A DNA stretch of 63,775 bases, the filler included, from Candidatus Tectimicrobiota bacterium (GTDB taxonomy: Bacteria > JACPSX01): NCBI GenBank assembly GCA_016193065.1. It is 10 parts of 10 records of this genome, joined end to end, with 100 filler letters (N's around TTAATTAATTAA, not from the genome) between each part and the next. Parts side by side here need not be neighbours in the genome. Positions count along the whole stretch, not along the records: positions 19,264 to 33,969 come from JACPSX010000149.1; positions 34,070 to 41,557 come from JACPSX010000150.1; positions 41,658 to 49,865 come from JACPSX010000151.1; 7 more parts are not named here. The stretch is one strand, 5' to 3'. Positions 28,035 through 42,425 of the stretch are shown here, in pieces. Every line of letters starts with the position of its first letter. Position 1 is the stretch's first letter. A model generated the notes under the pieces. That model was not told where the DNA came from and did not search any database. It saw only the letters and a list, made by a program, of their open reading frames with translations. Both the position numbers and the translations under genes were made by a program.

Positions 28035-28269
28035 CAGAGTACCCCCTCTACTCCAACTCTACGCAGACTCAATTCCGGATTCGATGGGAATCGAGTTTTC
28101 GCCTGATCGCATTGCGGAATAAGGTTACGATACCTCCTCGCCGGAACAATGTCCAGGGTCCTCCGGGAAACATCCGGAGCCGCGATCTTGCGGAGCGCGG
28201 GGAAGAATAAAAGGTTTTTGGCCGGGTAATGCTGCGTGGGGAAGAAAAAGAACCAGATCGAGGGAAGGA

Positions 28270-28566
28270 TCAGCGCTCCTGTATTTTCTCCTTCAGGAAG
28301 CGCTGCAGGCGCAGGCGGACCTCGGAGGGCATGGAGTTGTTGGAAACCCCCCGGCTCAAGTCAATCGTTTGCCGGTAGGTTCTCATCATCGAGAGACAGT
28401 GGGCGCAGTCCTTGAAATGAGCATCGAGCCGGGTGCGATCCTCGGCGGGCAGAGTACCATCGACGTAGCCGATGAGCAGCCGAACCAGTTCCTCGCAACT
28501 GACTCCACGGGCCGCTGAGAACCAGCAGCCCAGTGTATCCCGGACTTTCTTCAGCAAGTTGAACAC
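28270..28566 (-). CDS. zf-HC2 anti-sigma factor
   Basis: CEELVRLLIGYVDG...HFKDCAHC. Confidence 0.88.
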   Translation of the reverse strand: MFNLLKKVRDTLGCWFSAARGVSCEELVRLLIGYVDGTLPAEDRTRLDAHFKDCAHCLSMMRTYRQTIDLSRGVSNNSMPSEVRLRLQRFLKEKIQER

Positions 28567-28571
28567 TGTCC

Positions 28572-29198
28572 CTACTCCCAGCTCGCCTGCTTTGTCCCCG
28601 CACCGGTCAGATACTGAGAGAGATTCTCCCGTACAAACAGGCGCGCCCGGTGCAGCCGGGATTTTACCGCAGCCACTGACAGACCGCAAACCTTTCCCGC
28701 CTCCTCGGCGCTCAAGCCTTGGACATCTCTGAGGAGCAGGATTTCCCGGTACTCGATGGGGAGTTTCTGAATGGCCGCATCCAGGTGCCTGGCCAGTTCC
28801 TTGCTCAGTGCCCCGCTCTCGACCCGGTCCGACCAGTCCTCCACGGCCCCTATGTGCCCGCGGTTGAACCGGGGCATGTAGTCCTCCAAGGATACTGTGG
28901 CATCTTGATCCTTCCTGCGCCCCCTGAGCTTCAAGAAGCACAGATTCTTTGCGGTGGTGAACACCCATGGCAGAAAAGAGCCCGGCTCCCGCAGCGTGCC
29001 GATCTTCTCCAGCACCGTAACAAAGACTTCCTGGACAACCTCCTCCGCGTCCGCGGGGTTGCCGGTCATTTTTAAGGCATAATAGTAGAGGCGCTCCTGG
29101 CACTGCTCGAGGATAGACTCCAGAGCCGCCTTATCCCCGGATTGCAGTCTCGTGACGGCCTCGATGAGGGTGTCGGTGTTTTGCGGATTCCTTGCCAT
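28572..29198 (-). CDS. ECF RNA polymerase sigma factor (intact)
   Basis: DAEEVVQEVF, FLPW, LP.EYRE.LLLRD, VKSRLHRAR. Confidence 0.93.
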   Translation of the reverse strand: MARNPQNTDTLIEAVTRLQSGDKAALESILEQCQERLYYYALKMTGNPADAEEVVQEVFVTVLEKIGTLREPGSFLPWVFTTAKNLCFLKLRGRRKDQDATVSLEDYMPRFNRGHIGAVEDWSDRVESGALSKELARHLDAAIQKLPIEYREILLLRDVQGLSAEEAGKVCGLSVAAVKSRLHRARLFVRENLSQYLTGAGTKQASWE

Positions 29199-29387
29199 GG
29201 ATCCCAGATTCCCCGGTTGCCAGCATACCCTGGGTTTAACTGACTCTACAACAAAACATGGATGGCGGGCTACAAGTTCCTTTGACCGGAAAGTATTTTC
29301 AGACCCTAGCGAAAAATCAAGGGGAAACACGGCCGGGGCTGCACCGGCTGGCCCCGGCCGTGATCACCTCCCTCCCCTGAACCGCAA

Positions 29388-30059
29388 TCAGGGCCGGCTG
29401 GCGTATCGGTCCGGGAACTGCTTGGCGATTGCATCGGCCAGCGGGTTCGCGATCATTTGCATGTGGTTGTAAGCCATCCGCAACGCCGTATAGGCCTTGA
29501 CTGGATCCTTGGCCGCCTGGGCATCGATCACCTCCTTCAGCGTGAGAATGTGAGACTTGACCAGTTCTGCCACGGTGGCCTTGGGCAGATTCGGGTTCGC
29601 AGAACTGAGAAAGGCACCGAAATCATCAGCGTACCCGAGCAGGTCGCTGACGGCCTTGTCCTGCTTGGCCTTATCATTGCTCGCCGCCCCGACGGTGTAG
29701 TCCACCACGAAGCTGATATGCTTGCGCCACAGGGGCAAGAAGGCCTTCTCCGCCTCAACGTCGTACACAGAGCCGATCGCCCTCGAGATGTCAATCGAGT
29801 TCGAGTCCAGGGCATCGGCGGCAGCCTTGAATTCTGCCTGACGCCCACCCAGCGCTGCTCCCGTAGCGGCTGCGGCGAGAATCACGTGCTCACCAAACAG
29901 CGTGTTGAGCCCTGTACGCAAATCGGCGTATTTGGTGGTTGAGGTCCGGGGCATCGAGAGATCCATAGAGCCCCGTTCGGCGGTGGCCATGCTGCACCCC
30001 GTGGCGAGCAGTGCAATCAAGGCTACGGTCCCGGTGAGACGGGCAAACATCTTGTTCAT
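29388..30059 (-). CDS. Helical lipoprotein of the family often annotated as copper amine oxidase-associated
   Basis: LATGC lipobox; DLR..LN.LFGEHV, LWRKHI, HILTL, HMQMIA His/Met pattern. Confidence 0.65.
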   Translation of the reverse strand: MNKMFARLTGTVALIALLATGCSMATAERGSMDLSMPRTSTTKYADLRTGLNTLFGEHVILAAAATGAALGGRQAEFKAAADALDSNSIDISRAIGSVYDVEAEKAFLPLWRKHISFVVDYTVGAASNDKAKQDKAVSDLLGYADDFGAFLSSANPNLPKATVAELVKSHILTLKEVIDAQAAKDPVKAYTALRMAYNHMQMIANPLADAIAKQFPDRYASRP

Positions 30060-30077
30060 CACTTCCTCCTTTTCCTC

Positions 30078-30455
30078 TTAGTTGACGCGGATCTGACCGC
30101 GCATGGAGTTATGCCGGGTGCAGAAATACGAGTAGGTTCCGGCCTGCGTAAACGTGAAACTAAATGTGGATCCCTTGCCCTGCAGCCGCCCGTTAAACCG
30201 GCTGTCCGGGCTCTCCGGAGTTCCCGAGGTAATGGTGTGCAAAATATCATCCTGGTTGGTCCAGGTGACCCGTGTGCCCGCCTTCACCTCCAGCAGGGCA
30301 GGCCTGAACTGGAAGGTCTGGATGGTAACACTCGCTCCCGGCGTGGGGTTGGATTCGACGTTGTCTCCGGAAGCAATGCCGACGACCGGTTTATCAGAGA
30401 GTCCTACCAGCCCCAGCACCGCAAGGAACCCAAGGGTTGCCATAATGCGCTTCAT
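30078..30455 (-). CDS. Cupredoxin (plastocyanin/azurin family) protein, exported
   Basis: WTNQD..HT and YFCTRHNSM type-1 copper ligands. Confidence 0.9.
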   Translation of the reverse strand: MKRIMATLGFLAVLGLVGLSDKPVVGIASGDNVESNPTPGASVTIQTFQFRPALLEVKAGTRVTWTNQDDILHTITSGTPESPDSRFNGRLQGKGSTFSFTFTQAGTYSYFCTRHNSMRGQIRVN

Positions 30456-30602
30456 CTGATCCCCCTCCTTTCTCCCTTTGCCTTCTCTACGATTGCTTGG
30501 CCGGTTTGGATTTCCTGCCCTCAAAAGATTAAACTGGCGTTTACAGATGGACTCGCAACGCGGCTCTTCCGGCTCACTCACGCCGAAAGCTCTTCGGGAG
30601 CC

Positions 30603-30642
30603 GCACCCATAGGATGGGTACCCGCATCCTGGGTGTGGGCAC
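30603..30642. repeat. Nested micro-element (GCACCC-ATAGGAT-GGGTACCCG inside an inverted ACACCC-AGGAT element)
   Basis: Flanks are the reverse complement of 55358-55386. Confidence 0.75.
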
Positions 30643-30754
30643 TCCCGAAGATGCCGAATAGGAACTGGGGGTGGGCAAGGTCTCCAGTCTTATTGACAGA
30701 TGCGAAAGGTCTGTGCTAGGGACAGACGCCAGAGGACCGGATCAAGGAGGCCAG

Positions 30755-31330
30755 ATGTCTGCGGACCTGAAGGACGACCCGGTTCAGTTAATCCAACAGG
30801 TTGCCGGTGGGGACCGCGAGGCGTTTGGGCGGCTTTATGACCGCTACGCCTCGCTCGTCTTCACCTTCGCTGTACGCCTGCTCAATCGGCCCTCCGAGGC
30901 AGAAGATCTCCTCCAGGAAGTCTTCCTGCAGGTCTGGCGCCAGGCGAGAACCTATCGCCAAGACCGGGGGAGCCCGGAGGCGTGGATCACCATGATCACT
31001 CGGAGCCGGGCAATCGATAAGCTTCGTTCCATACGTAGAATAGAGAAGAGCCTCACGTCCCTGGAGAATGCGCCTGGCGTGAAGTCTGGAGGTACAGTGG
31101 AGACCGTAAGTGAGGAATCGGAGTTAAACCTGACGGTGCGCGGGGCTCTGGCCGAGCTTCCTGAGGTCCAACGGAGGGTGCTGGAACTGGCTTATTTTGA
31201 AGGGTTAACGCAGTCCGATATTGCCGCACGCCTGGGAGAGCCGCTGGGTACGGTAAAGACCCGCATGCGTGCCGGCCTGGAACGGCTGCGGGGATTTCTC
31301 GGTGCAAAGGCCAAAGGGGAGCTCTCATGA
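30755..31330 (+). CDS. ECF sigma factor, SigK-like
   Basis: GDREAF..LYDRY, AEDLLQEVF.QVW, RSRAID, LGTVKTRMR. Confidence 0.92.
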   Translation: MSADLKDDPVQLIQQVAGGDREAFGRLYDRYASLVFTFAVRLLNRPSEAEDLLQEVFLQVWRQARTYRQDRGSPEAWITMITRSRAIDKLRSIRRIEKSLTSLENAPGVKSGGTVETVSEESELNLTVRGALAELPEVQRRVLELAYFEGLTQSDIAARLGEPLGTVKTRMRAGLERLRGFLGAKAKGELS

Positions 31331-32085
31331 ACCACGAAGAGTGGCTTGCACGAGCAGAAATTTATGCCCTGGGCGCCCTGGACGGAGAGGATCTGACCCT
31401 GTTCGAAGCTCATCTAGCCTCAGGGTGTAGCTCTTGCGAGACACGCCTCCGCGAGACCCAGGAAACGCTCACCCTTCTCCCTCGCTCCCGCACGCCGCTA
31501 GCCCCTCCACCTGCCGTCAAGGCCAGGCTCCTTGCCCAAATTGCAGGGGAAGCAAGCAGGCCTCAGGAGAAAAGACTTCCCGGCTGGCTTTCATGGGGGG
31601 TGGGAGCCGGGGCTTTGGTAGCCGCCAGCTTGTTGATTGTTTTAGGCTGGAACCTCTCCGTCACGAGGCAAGAGATGCAAAGGCTCAAAAACCAGGTGGC
31701 TGCCCTGGGAGATGAAGTGAACCAGCAACAAGAGGTCGTTCGCTTCCTCTCCGACCCCCAGGTGCGCTTCGTCCAGCTTGCAGGCCTTGCGCCAAGCCCT
31801 GCAGCCACGGGTCGGTTACTGTGGAATCCGGTGAAGCATGCGGGGCTTTTCCTGAGCAGCGGCCTTCCTCCGACCCCATCCGGCAAAGCATACGAGCTTT
31901 GGGCTATTGCCGGCAGCGAGCCCGTCCCGGCTGGCGTCTTTACCGTCGATCAGGGAGGCCGGGTCCTCTATCGTCTCCCACCTCTACCCGAAACAAAAAC
32001 GTTCGACAAGTTCGCGGTCACGCTGGAGCCCGCAAGTGGTGTTCCCAAACCCTCCGGCGCCATGTACCTGCTCGGGAGCTTGTAA
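31327..32085 (+). CDS. Anti-sigma factor, RskA-like
   Basis: YALGALD...HLASGCSSC, TM helix, YELWAI, FAVTLEP..G...PSG. Confidence 0.9.
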   Translation: MNHEEWLARAEIYALGALDGEDLTLFEAHLASGCSSCETRLRETQETLTLLPRSRTPLAPPPAVKARLLAQIAGEASRPQEKRLPGWLSWGVGAGALVAASLLIVLGWNLSVTRQEMQRLKNQVAALGDEVNQQQEVVRFLSDPQVRFVQLAGLAPSPAATGRLLWNPVKHAGLFLSSGLPPTPSGKAYELWAIAGSEPVPAGVFTVDQGGRVLYRLPPLPETKTFDKFAVTLEPASGVPKPSGAMYLLGSL

Positions 32086-32099
32086 GGCAGAGATTTGCG

Positions 32100-32463
32100 C
32101 CCCGGCGTGAGCAAGCTTCTGTGCAAAGCTGCGGTGGGCCGGGAAGTGCTCGCCCGGATGAGCCTCGCGGGTATATACGAAGAGAAAGGCAATACCCTTT
32201 GCCGCAAACTGCCGCGCCATCGGTTCAAGCGCCAGCGCCGCCAGCGCACAGTAAGGTCAGGTCAGCGAGCCAAACTCAATGACCACGTCACCCTTTCGCC
32301 AATAGTCACTCAGTTGAACCGATTGGCCAGTTTCAAGAAGCATAGCCTGAAAGTCGGGTGCCGGGGATCCCACGGGTAAAATGGTGCGAAATGCCAAGAA
32401 TTCCTCTGAACCCACAAACCGGCTGTAGTTATAAACTTCGATCTCCGCCTGATCGATCATCAC
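32100..32463 (-). pseudogene. Iodothyronine deiodinase-like/peroxiredoxin-fold selenoprotein, C-terminally truncated
   Basis: VGSPAPDF...EFGSLT-TGA(32259-32257)-PYC...FVYTREAHPGE in one frame; homology seems to end where the convergent anti-sigma gene ends. Confidence 0.75.
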
Positions 32464-32850
32464 GCACCCCCTTTCCTACCCTCACTACTCTACGGGTCTT
32501 AACTCGACCCGCCAGCGCAACTTTCCTCTGGAAACCTCCCGCCCCAAGCCCGAAAGCACAAATGGAAGCGATGGATATGCCATCAAGAAGTCGGCGGGTT
32601 CCGACTTCCCGGTAAAGTATCAACCTTTCGATAACACCGGTCAAGTCCCGATCCCACATTTCACAAGCGAAACTGCCTCCTCTCTTTCCTTTGAAAATTT
32701 GTCTGTCTCACTCCTTCCACCGTCGTCATTGTAAGCTTGCCTACAATGCAGGCTGATTCGGACCCCTATCATGACCAACGGGTCCATTGGAGTGGCTTGA
32801 CAGGAAAAGCGGAGGCAGTACAATCACCCGAAAGGGAGGGGAATCGCCAG

Positions 32851-33969
32851 GTGAACCTTCGGCGCCTGAAGTGGATTGCCATCATCGTCCCCTTGGGATT
32901 CCTGATCCTTCTGGAGGTCGTCCGCTACCTCTACCTTGAACCGCTACTCCCTTATCCTACGGGCCACCTGCTGGCCATCGCTGTGATGATTCCCGCCGTC
33001 TATTTGTTTTCGCACTCGATCTTCACGATTATTACACGAATGGAGCAGGAAGTTCTCCGGCACAATCGCCATCTTGCGGCCATGAACCAGATCCTGACCG
33101 CCGTATCCCGCTCCCTGGAACTCGACGAAATCCTTCAGGTGGCTCTGGATCAGGTCTTGGAGGTGATGCAGATCGAGATGGGAGCCATCGCCCTGCTGGA
33201 TGCCGAAAAGGAGGAGCTTAAAATAGCCGTCAACAGGGGACTCCCTCCTGAGATATACCTGCATGTAAAGTGTTTAAAGCTTGCCGACGCTCCGCTCGAA
33301 TGGGAGGTAGTGCGGTCGGGAAAGCCGGCAGTTATCGAAAACCTGATGGAGGATCCCCGAGTCTTGGATATTGCCAAGCAGGCAGGGTTCCAGTCCCTCG
33401 TCTGCTTGCCGCTGAAATCAAAGGGAGTGGTGCAGGGATTGCTGGGCATCGCCAGCTGCCAGAAGCGGAGCTTCAGCCAGTCAGATGTAGATCTCCTGAT
33501 GGCCACAGGCAGCCAGATCGGCATGACCATCGAGAACGCTCGGCTTTTCGCCGAGGCCCGTAAACAGAGCGAGCGGCTCCGGATCCTGCAGGAGCGGGAG
33601 CGCATCGCCATGGACCTCCATGACGGCGTCATCCAATCCCTCTATGCCGTCGGCCTGAGCCTGGAGAGCTGCGCCGAGACGGCGCGCGAAGCCCCGGAGG
33701 AGGTGACCCGGAAAATCGACCGAGCGGTGGATGATCTCAACGGCGTCATCAAGGATATTCGCAATTACATCTTCGACTTGCGCCCCAATCCAATGGGGGC
33801 AGAAGGCATCAAAGGGGCACTGGAGGAAACCGTCAAAGCTTTCAGGGTGAATTCCCTCCTGGAGGCGGAGCTCAGCGCGGAGGAAGTAGAGGGGCTCGGC
33901 CAGGAAGAGATCGTCCAGCTCGCCCACATCGCGCAGGAGGCTCTGGCCAATATCATGAAACACGCCCGG
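32851..33969 (+). CDS. GAF-domain sensor histidine kinase, HisKA_3 type (3' truncated)
   Basis: Two TM helices, GAF, ERERIAMDLHDGVIQSLY, QEALAN..KHA. Confidence 0.9.
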
Positions 33970-34069
33970 NNNNNNNNNNNNNNNNNNNNNNNNNNNNNNN
34001 NNNNNNNNNNNNNTTAATTAATTAANNNNNNNNNNNNNNNNNNNNNNNNNNNNNNNNNNNNNNNNNNNN
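33970..34069. other. Contig-join linker
   Basis: N-TTAATTAATTAA-N. Confidence 0.98.
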
Positions 34070-34107
34070 CAGGGAAAGTTCCCTGGCAAATCCCCGCGGG
34101 ATTTCCA

Positions 34108-35327
<1,220 letters not shown>

Positions 35328-35550
35328 AGATTCCGACACCTCCCCAGAGTTAGACCTCCGTCCCGCTCGGCAACCCGGGAAATCCTAAAGGTGGGCATGA
35401 AATTTCCCATGCCGCCATTCTAGCATGACCCGGCCCCTTTTGCTCCGTGGCTGCCCATTTTTTGAGCATTCACCCCTTGATTCCGTCTCCGTCCATTCTG
35501 TACAATGAGCATGATTTTTTCGTCGTATTTTCAAGGAGATATTCAAAAGC

Positions 35551-36684
35551 ATGGGGAAGAACCCGCCGGAAATTCGGGAGAAAGGCGCAGAGAAGGACGA
35601 GGAGAACTACCTCGAGAGTGTGCTGGCCAGTCTTTCCGACGGAGTCCTGACGGTGAATGAAAGCCTGCACATCACGACCGTCAATCAAGCCATGGAGGAG
35701 CTCAGCCACCTGCCGGCGGCGAAGATGCTGGGGGAGCCTTTTGGAGTCGCCTTTCCCGATCAAAGGAAGGTTGAAGATCTCCTGCTCCAAGCAGCCAGGG
35801 AAGGGAAGACCTTTTTTCTCACCGACCATCCCCTCAAGACCCCCCAGGGGCGGCTTTTGCTCACTGGAGTGACGATCTCACCTCTCACGAACCGGGAAGG
35901 TGAAACCTTGGGGGCCGTAATGGACGTACGCGACATGAGCCGTCTCAAGGGACTTGAGGAAAGCGAGCGCATTTCCGATCACCTGGACGTAGTTGCGACC
36001 ATGACAGCGGGAATGGCTCACGAGATCAAAAACCCCCTGGGTGGAATCAAGGGCGCCGCCCAGTTGCTTCTGGAAGAACTCAATTCCACGGATCTCAAGG
36101 AGTATCCTCGCATCATCATCCGGGAAGTGGAACGGGTCAACGCGATTCTGGAGGTGCTGCTGGGGTTGAGCGCTCCCCGGGCTCCGCGCCAAGAGCCCGT
36201 GAACATCCATCGGATTCTGGAGTCCATTCTCCTCCTGGAACGCCAGACCCCCCAGGGGAAGAAAATCTCCTTCCAGGTCCAGTACGACCCCAGCCTGCCG
36301 GAGGTGATTGGCGACGAGGAGCAGATGACTCAACTCATCCTGAACCTGGTTCGAAATGGGGTGGAGGCCATGACCGAGGGGGGAACTCTAATCCTGAGCA
36401 CCCGGACGGCGGCGGACCTGCCGCTGGCCCGCCGCGACCGGACCGGGCAAGCCCAGCGCATGATCCTGGTAGAAATTTCCGACACAGGGGGGGGAATCCC
36501 CCCGGAGCTGATGGACAAGATATTTACCCCGTATTTCACCACCAAGCCCCGGGGAACTGGGTTGGGACTTGCTCTGGCCAACCAGATCGTGCGGGCGCAC
36601 AGGGGGAAGCTGGAGGTCCAGAGCTTTTCCCGGAAGGGGACCACGGTGCGGGTCTACCTCCCCGCCAGCTCCAGAGGGAAATAA
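35551..36684 (+). CDS. ntrB: PAS-domain histidine kinase, NtrB-like
   Basis: AHEIKNPLGGIKGAAQLL, YDPSLPE, NLVRN, D.G.GIP, F.TTK..GTGLGL. Confidence 0.85.
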   Translation: MGKNPPEIREKGAEKDEENYLESVLASLSDGVLTVNESLHITTVNQAMEELSHLPAAKMLGEPFGVAFPDQRKVEDLLLQAAREGKTFFLTDHPLKTPQGRLLLTGVTISPLTNREGETLGAVMDVRDMSRLKGLEESERISDHLDVVATMTAGMAHEIKNPLGGIKGAAQLLLEELNSTDLKEYPRIIIREVERVNAILEVLLGLSAPRAPRQEPVNIHRILESILLLERQTPQGKKISFQVQYDPSLPEVIGDEEQMTQLILNLVRNGVEAMTEGGTLILSTRTAADLPLARRDRTGQAQRMILVEISDTGGGIPPELMDKIFTPYFTTKPRGTGLGLALANQIVRAHRGKLEVQSFSRKGTTVRVYLPASSRGK

Positions 36685-36688
36685 GCGG

Positions 36689-39593
<2,905 letters not shown>

Positions 39594-39605
39594 GGAGAAG
39601 ACGGT

Positions 39606-41426
39606 ATGTGCGGAATCATCGGCTACATCGGGGAACGGCAGGTTGTCCCGATTCTCATTGAAGGGCTCAAGCGCCTTGAGTACCGGGGATACGATTCGGC
39701 CGGAGTGGCCTTGATCCAGAACGGCACGGTGGAGGTGCGGCGCACCGTGGGCAAGCTCAAAACGCTGGAGGACAGCCTGCGCCACGTGGTTCTGGAAGGG
39801 ACTGTGGGAGTCGGACACACGCGCTGGGCGACTCACGGCCGCCCCAGCGAGGAAAATGCCCACCCTCACCGGGCCGGATCCATCGCCCTCGTGCAAAACG
39901 GGATCGTTGAAAACTACCTGCCCCTGAAGGAAAAGCTGCGCCAGGCGGGCAGAACCTTCCAGTCCGAGACCGATACCGAAGTCCTGGTCCACCTGATCGA
40001 CTTCTACTTCGAAGGGGATCTGGAAGCCGCCATGCGCCGGGCCCTGCGGGAGGTGGTGGGGGCCTATGCCCTCGCTGCGGTCAGCTCGGACGATCCGGAA
40101 AAGGTGGTGGCGGCCCGTCACAGCGCCCCTCTGGTCATCGGCCTGGGCAAGGGCGAGTTCTTCGTCGCCTCCGACATTCCCGCCATCCTGAACCACACGC
40201 GAGACGTGATCTTCCTGAACGACAACGAAATTGCGGTGCTCAGCCGGGAGGGGGTGAAGGTCTCCAACCTGGAGGGCCAGCCGGTTCCCAAGGAAGTGAA
40301 GAAGATCCTCTGGGATCTGGTCATGGCGGAAAAGGGGGGCTACAAGCACTTCATGCTCAAAGAAATCTACGAGCAACCCCGGGCCTTCTCCGATACGCTG
40401 CGGGGCCGCCTGGCCCTGGAGGCCGGCAACGTTCTCCTGGACGAGGTCCAATTCCCCACCTCCCTGCAGGACATCGAGCAGGTTTTCCTGGTCGCCTGCG
40501 GGACTTCCTGGCATGCGGCCCTGATCGGCAAATTCTTGATCGAGAGACTGGCGCAGGTTCCCGTGGAGGTGGACATTGCTTCGGAGTTCCGCTACCGCAA
40601 CCCCCTGGTTTCCTCCGCAACGCTCATGATTCCGATCTCCCAATCCGGAGAAACCGCAGACACCCTGGCCGCCCTGCGGGAGGCCAAGCAGCGCGGCGCC
40701 ACCACCCTCTCCATCTGCAACGTGGTGGACAGCACCATTGCCCGGGAGTCCCACGGAATCCTCTATACGCACGCCGGCCCCGAAATCGGCGTGGCTTCCA
40801 CCAAGGCGTTCACCTCTCAAATTGCGGCCCTCCATCTGCTGGCCTTGCACCTGGGGCGGCTGCGGGGAACTTTGAGCCGGGAGCAAGCCCGGCAGGAAAT
40901 GCAGGCTCTGCTCGGGATCCCCAACCTTCTCGAAGAGGTGCTGGAGCTGGACGAGGAGATCGAGCAACTGGCCCGCCGCTTTGCCGACAAGAGGGATTTC
41001 CTCTACCTCGGGCGCGGGATCAACTACCCCGTGGCCCTGGAAGGAGCCCTCAAGCTCAAGGAGATCTCCTACATTCACGCGGAGGGCTACCCGGCCGGGG
41101 AGATGAAGCACGGGCCCATTGCCCTCATCGACGAGAAGATGCCGGTCGTGGTCATCGCGCCCAAGGACTCCGTCTACGACAAGATCCTAAGCAACATCCA
41201 AGAAGTAAAGACCCGCGGCGGCGTGGTCATCGCCCTGGGCCACCGGGGGGACAGCTCTCTCAAGAGCAAGGTGGACGACTGGGTGGGACTCCCCGAGGTG
41301 TCGAGCTCCCTGTTCCCGATCCTGGCGGTCATCCCCCTGCAGTTGCTCGCCTATCATATCGCGGTGCGGCGGGGCTGTGACGTGGACCAGCCGCGCAATC
41401 TGGCCAAGAGCGTCACCGTGGAATGA
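39606..41426 (+). CDS. glmS: Glutamine-fructose-6-phosphate aminotransferase
   Basis: [45 protein letters not shown]. Confidence 0.98.
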   Translation: MCGIIGYIGERQVVPILIEGLKRLEYRGYDSAGVALIQNGTVEVRRTVGKLKTLEDSLRHVVLEGTVGVGHTRWATHGRPSEENAHPHRAGSIALVQNGIVENYLPLKEKLRQAGRTFQSETDTEVLVHLIDFYFEGDLEAAMRRALREVVGAYALAAVSSDDPEKVVAARHSAPLVIGLGKGEFFVASDIPAILNHTRDVIFLNDNEIAVLSREGVKVSNLEGQPVPKEVKKILWDLVMAEKGGYKHFMLKEIYEQPRAFSDTLRGRLALEAGNVLLDEVQFPTSLQDIEQVFLVACGTSWHAALIGKFLIERLAQVPVEVDIASEFRYRNPLVSSATLMIPISQSGETADTLAALREAKQRGATTLSICNVVDSTIARESHGILYTHAGPEIGVASTKAFTSQIAALHLLALHLGRLRGTLSREQARQEMQALLGIPNLLEEVLELDEEIEQLARRFADKRDFLYLGRGINYPVALEGALKLKEISYIHAEGYPAGEMKHGPIALIDEKMPVVVIAPKDSVYDKILSNIQEVKTRGGVVIALGHRGDSSLKSKVDDWVGLPEVSSSLFPILAVIPLQLLAYHIAVRRGCDVDQPRNLAKSVTVE

Positions 41427-41557
41427 GGCAGGACTCCCTGAATCCGCAGCAACGGGCGGCGGTCACGCACCGCGGCAGCCCCCTGCTCGTCCTGGCCGGG
41501 GCCGGCTCAGGCAAGACCCGGGTCATCACCCACCGGATCGCCCACCTGGTCAGGGAA
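41423..41557 (+). CDS. uvrD: UvrD/PcrA helicase (5' fragment)
   Basis: LNPQQRAAV...[19 protein letters not shown]. Confidence 0.85.
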
Positions 41558-41657
41558 NNNNNNNNNNNNNNNNNNNNNNNNNNNNNNNNNNNNNNNNNNN
41601 NTTAATTAATTAANNNNNNNNNNNNNNNNNNNNNNNNNNNNNNNNNNNNNNNNNNNN
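41558..41657. other. Contig-join linker
   Basis: N-TTAATTAATTAA-N. Confidence 0.98.
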
Positions 41658-42350
41658 ATCTATCTGATCCGGGAGGAGTGGAAACCGATCGATATCCGGC
41701 GCTGGGTGAAGGGCATCGAGAGCTACGGACGGATCGGGATGCTGGCATTGACGGAGGGATTGGTCGGACTCGCCCTGGGATTCTCCGCTCCCTTCTTCAA
41801 CCTCTTCTTCGAGCAGAACCTGAGAGCCTCCACGGCCCAGATCGGTCTCATCTTCGCCGTGGGGTCGGTCATGACGGCGGTTACGACCCTCTTTGTTCCC
41901 CTGGGTGTTCACTACTTCGGACGGGTGCGCACAATCACTTTTGTCAAGCTCCTCGGGGTCCCCTCCCTCATTTTGCTTGGCATGTCGCAAAGCGTCCTCT
42001 GGGCGGGGGTGCTTTACGTCCTGACCATCCTCCTGATCGGCGGCACCTTCCCGAACAAGGGGATCTCCGATCCCATCTACAGCCTCTTTGCGATGGAGGT
42101 CGTGAAGGAGAGGGAGCGCGGCACAACGAACGGGATCATGCACGCCTTTGTGGAGTTTCCCATGGGGATCGGCGCCGCCCTGGCCGGCCCGTTCATGGCC
42201 GCCGGGGACTGGCGCACCCCATACCTCATCGGGGGCTCCGTCTTCGCCCTGGCCTTTATCCTCTACTATCTCTATTTCGCCCGCCTCGAGGGGCGCCGGC
42301 CCGCTTTTGAGCCCGCGCCGGCCGCCGGAGTCGCGGAGCCGCTGCCGTAA
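41658..42350 (+). CDS. MFS transporter (3' half)
   Basis: Six TM helices, PFFNLFF, FGRVR, ERGT, GAALAG. Confidence 0.8.
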   Translation: MYLIREEWKPIDIRRWVKGIESYGRIGMLALTEGLVGLALGFSAPFFNLFFEQNLRASTAQIGLIFAVGSVMTAVTTLFVPLGVHYFGRVRTITFVKLLGVPSLILLGMSQSVLWAGVLYVLTILLIGGTFPNKGISDPIYSLFAMEVVKERERGTTNGIMHAFVEFPMGIGAALAGPFMAAGDWRTPYLIGGSVFALAFILYYLYFARLEGRRPAFEPAPAAGVAEPLP

Positions 42351-42425
42351 CAGGGAGAGAAAACTCCTGGTTTGAGCCGATGCGCCGGTGTAAGATCGGT
42401 CGGCAGGAAGCCCGGAGGCGAGAAT

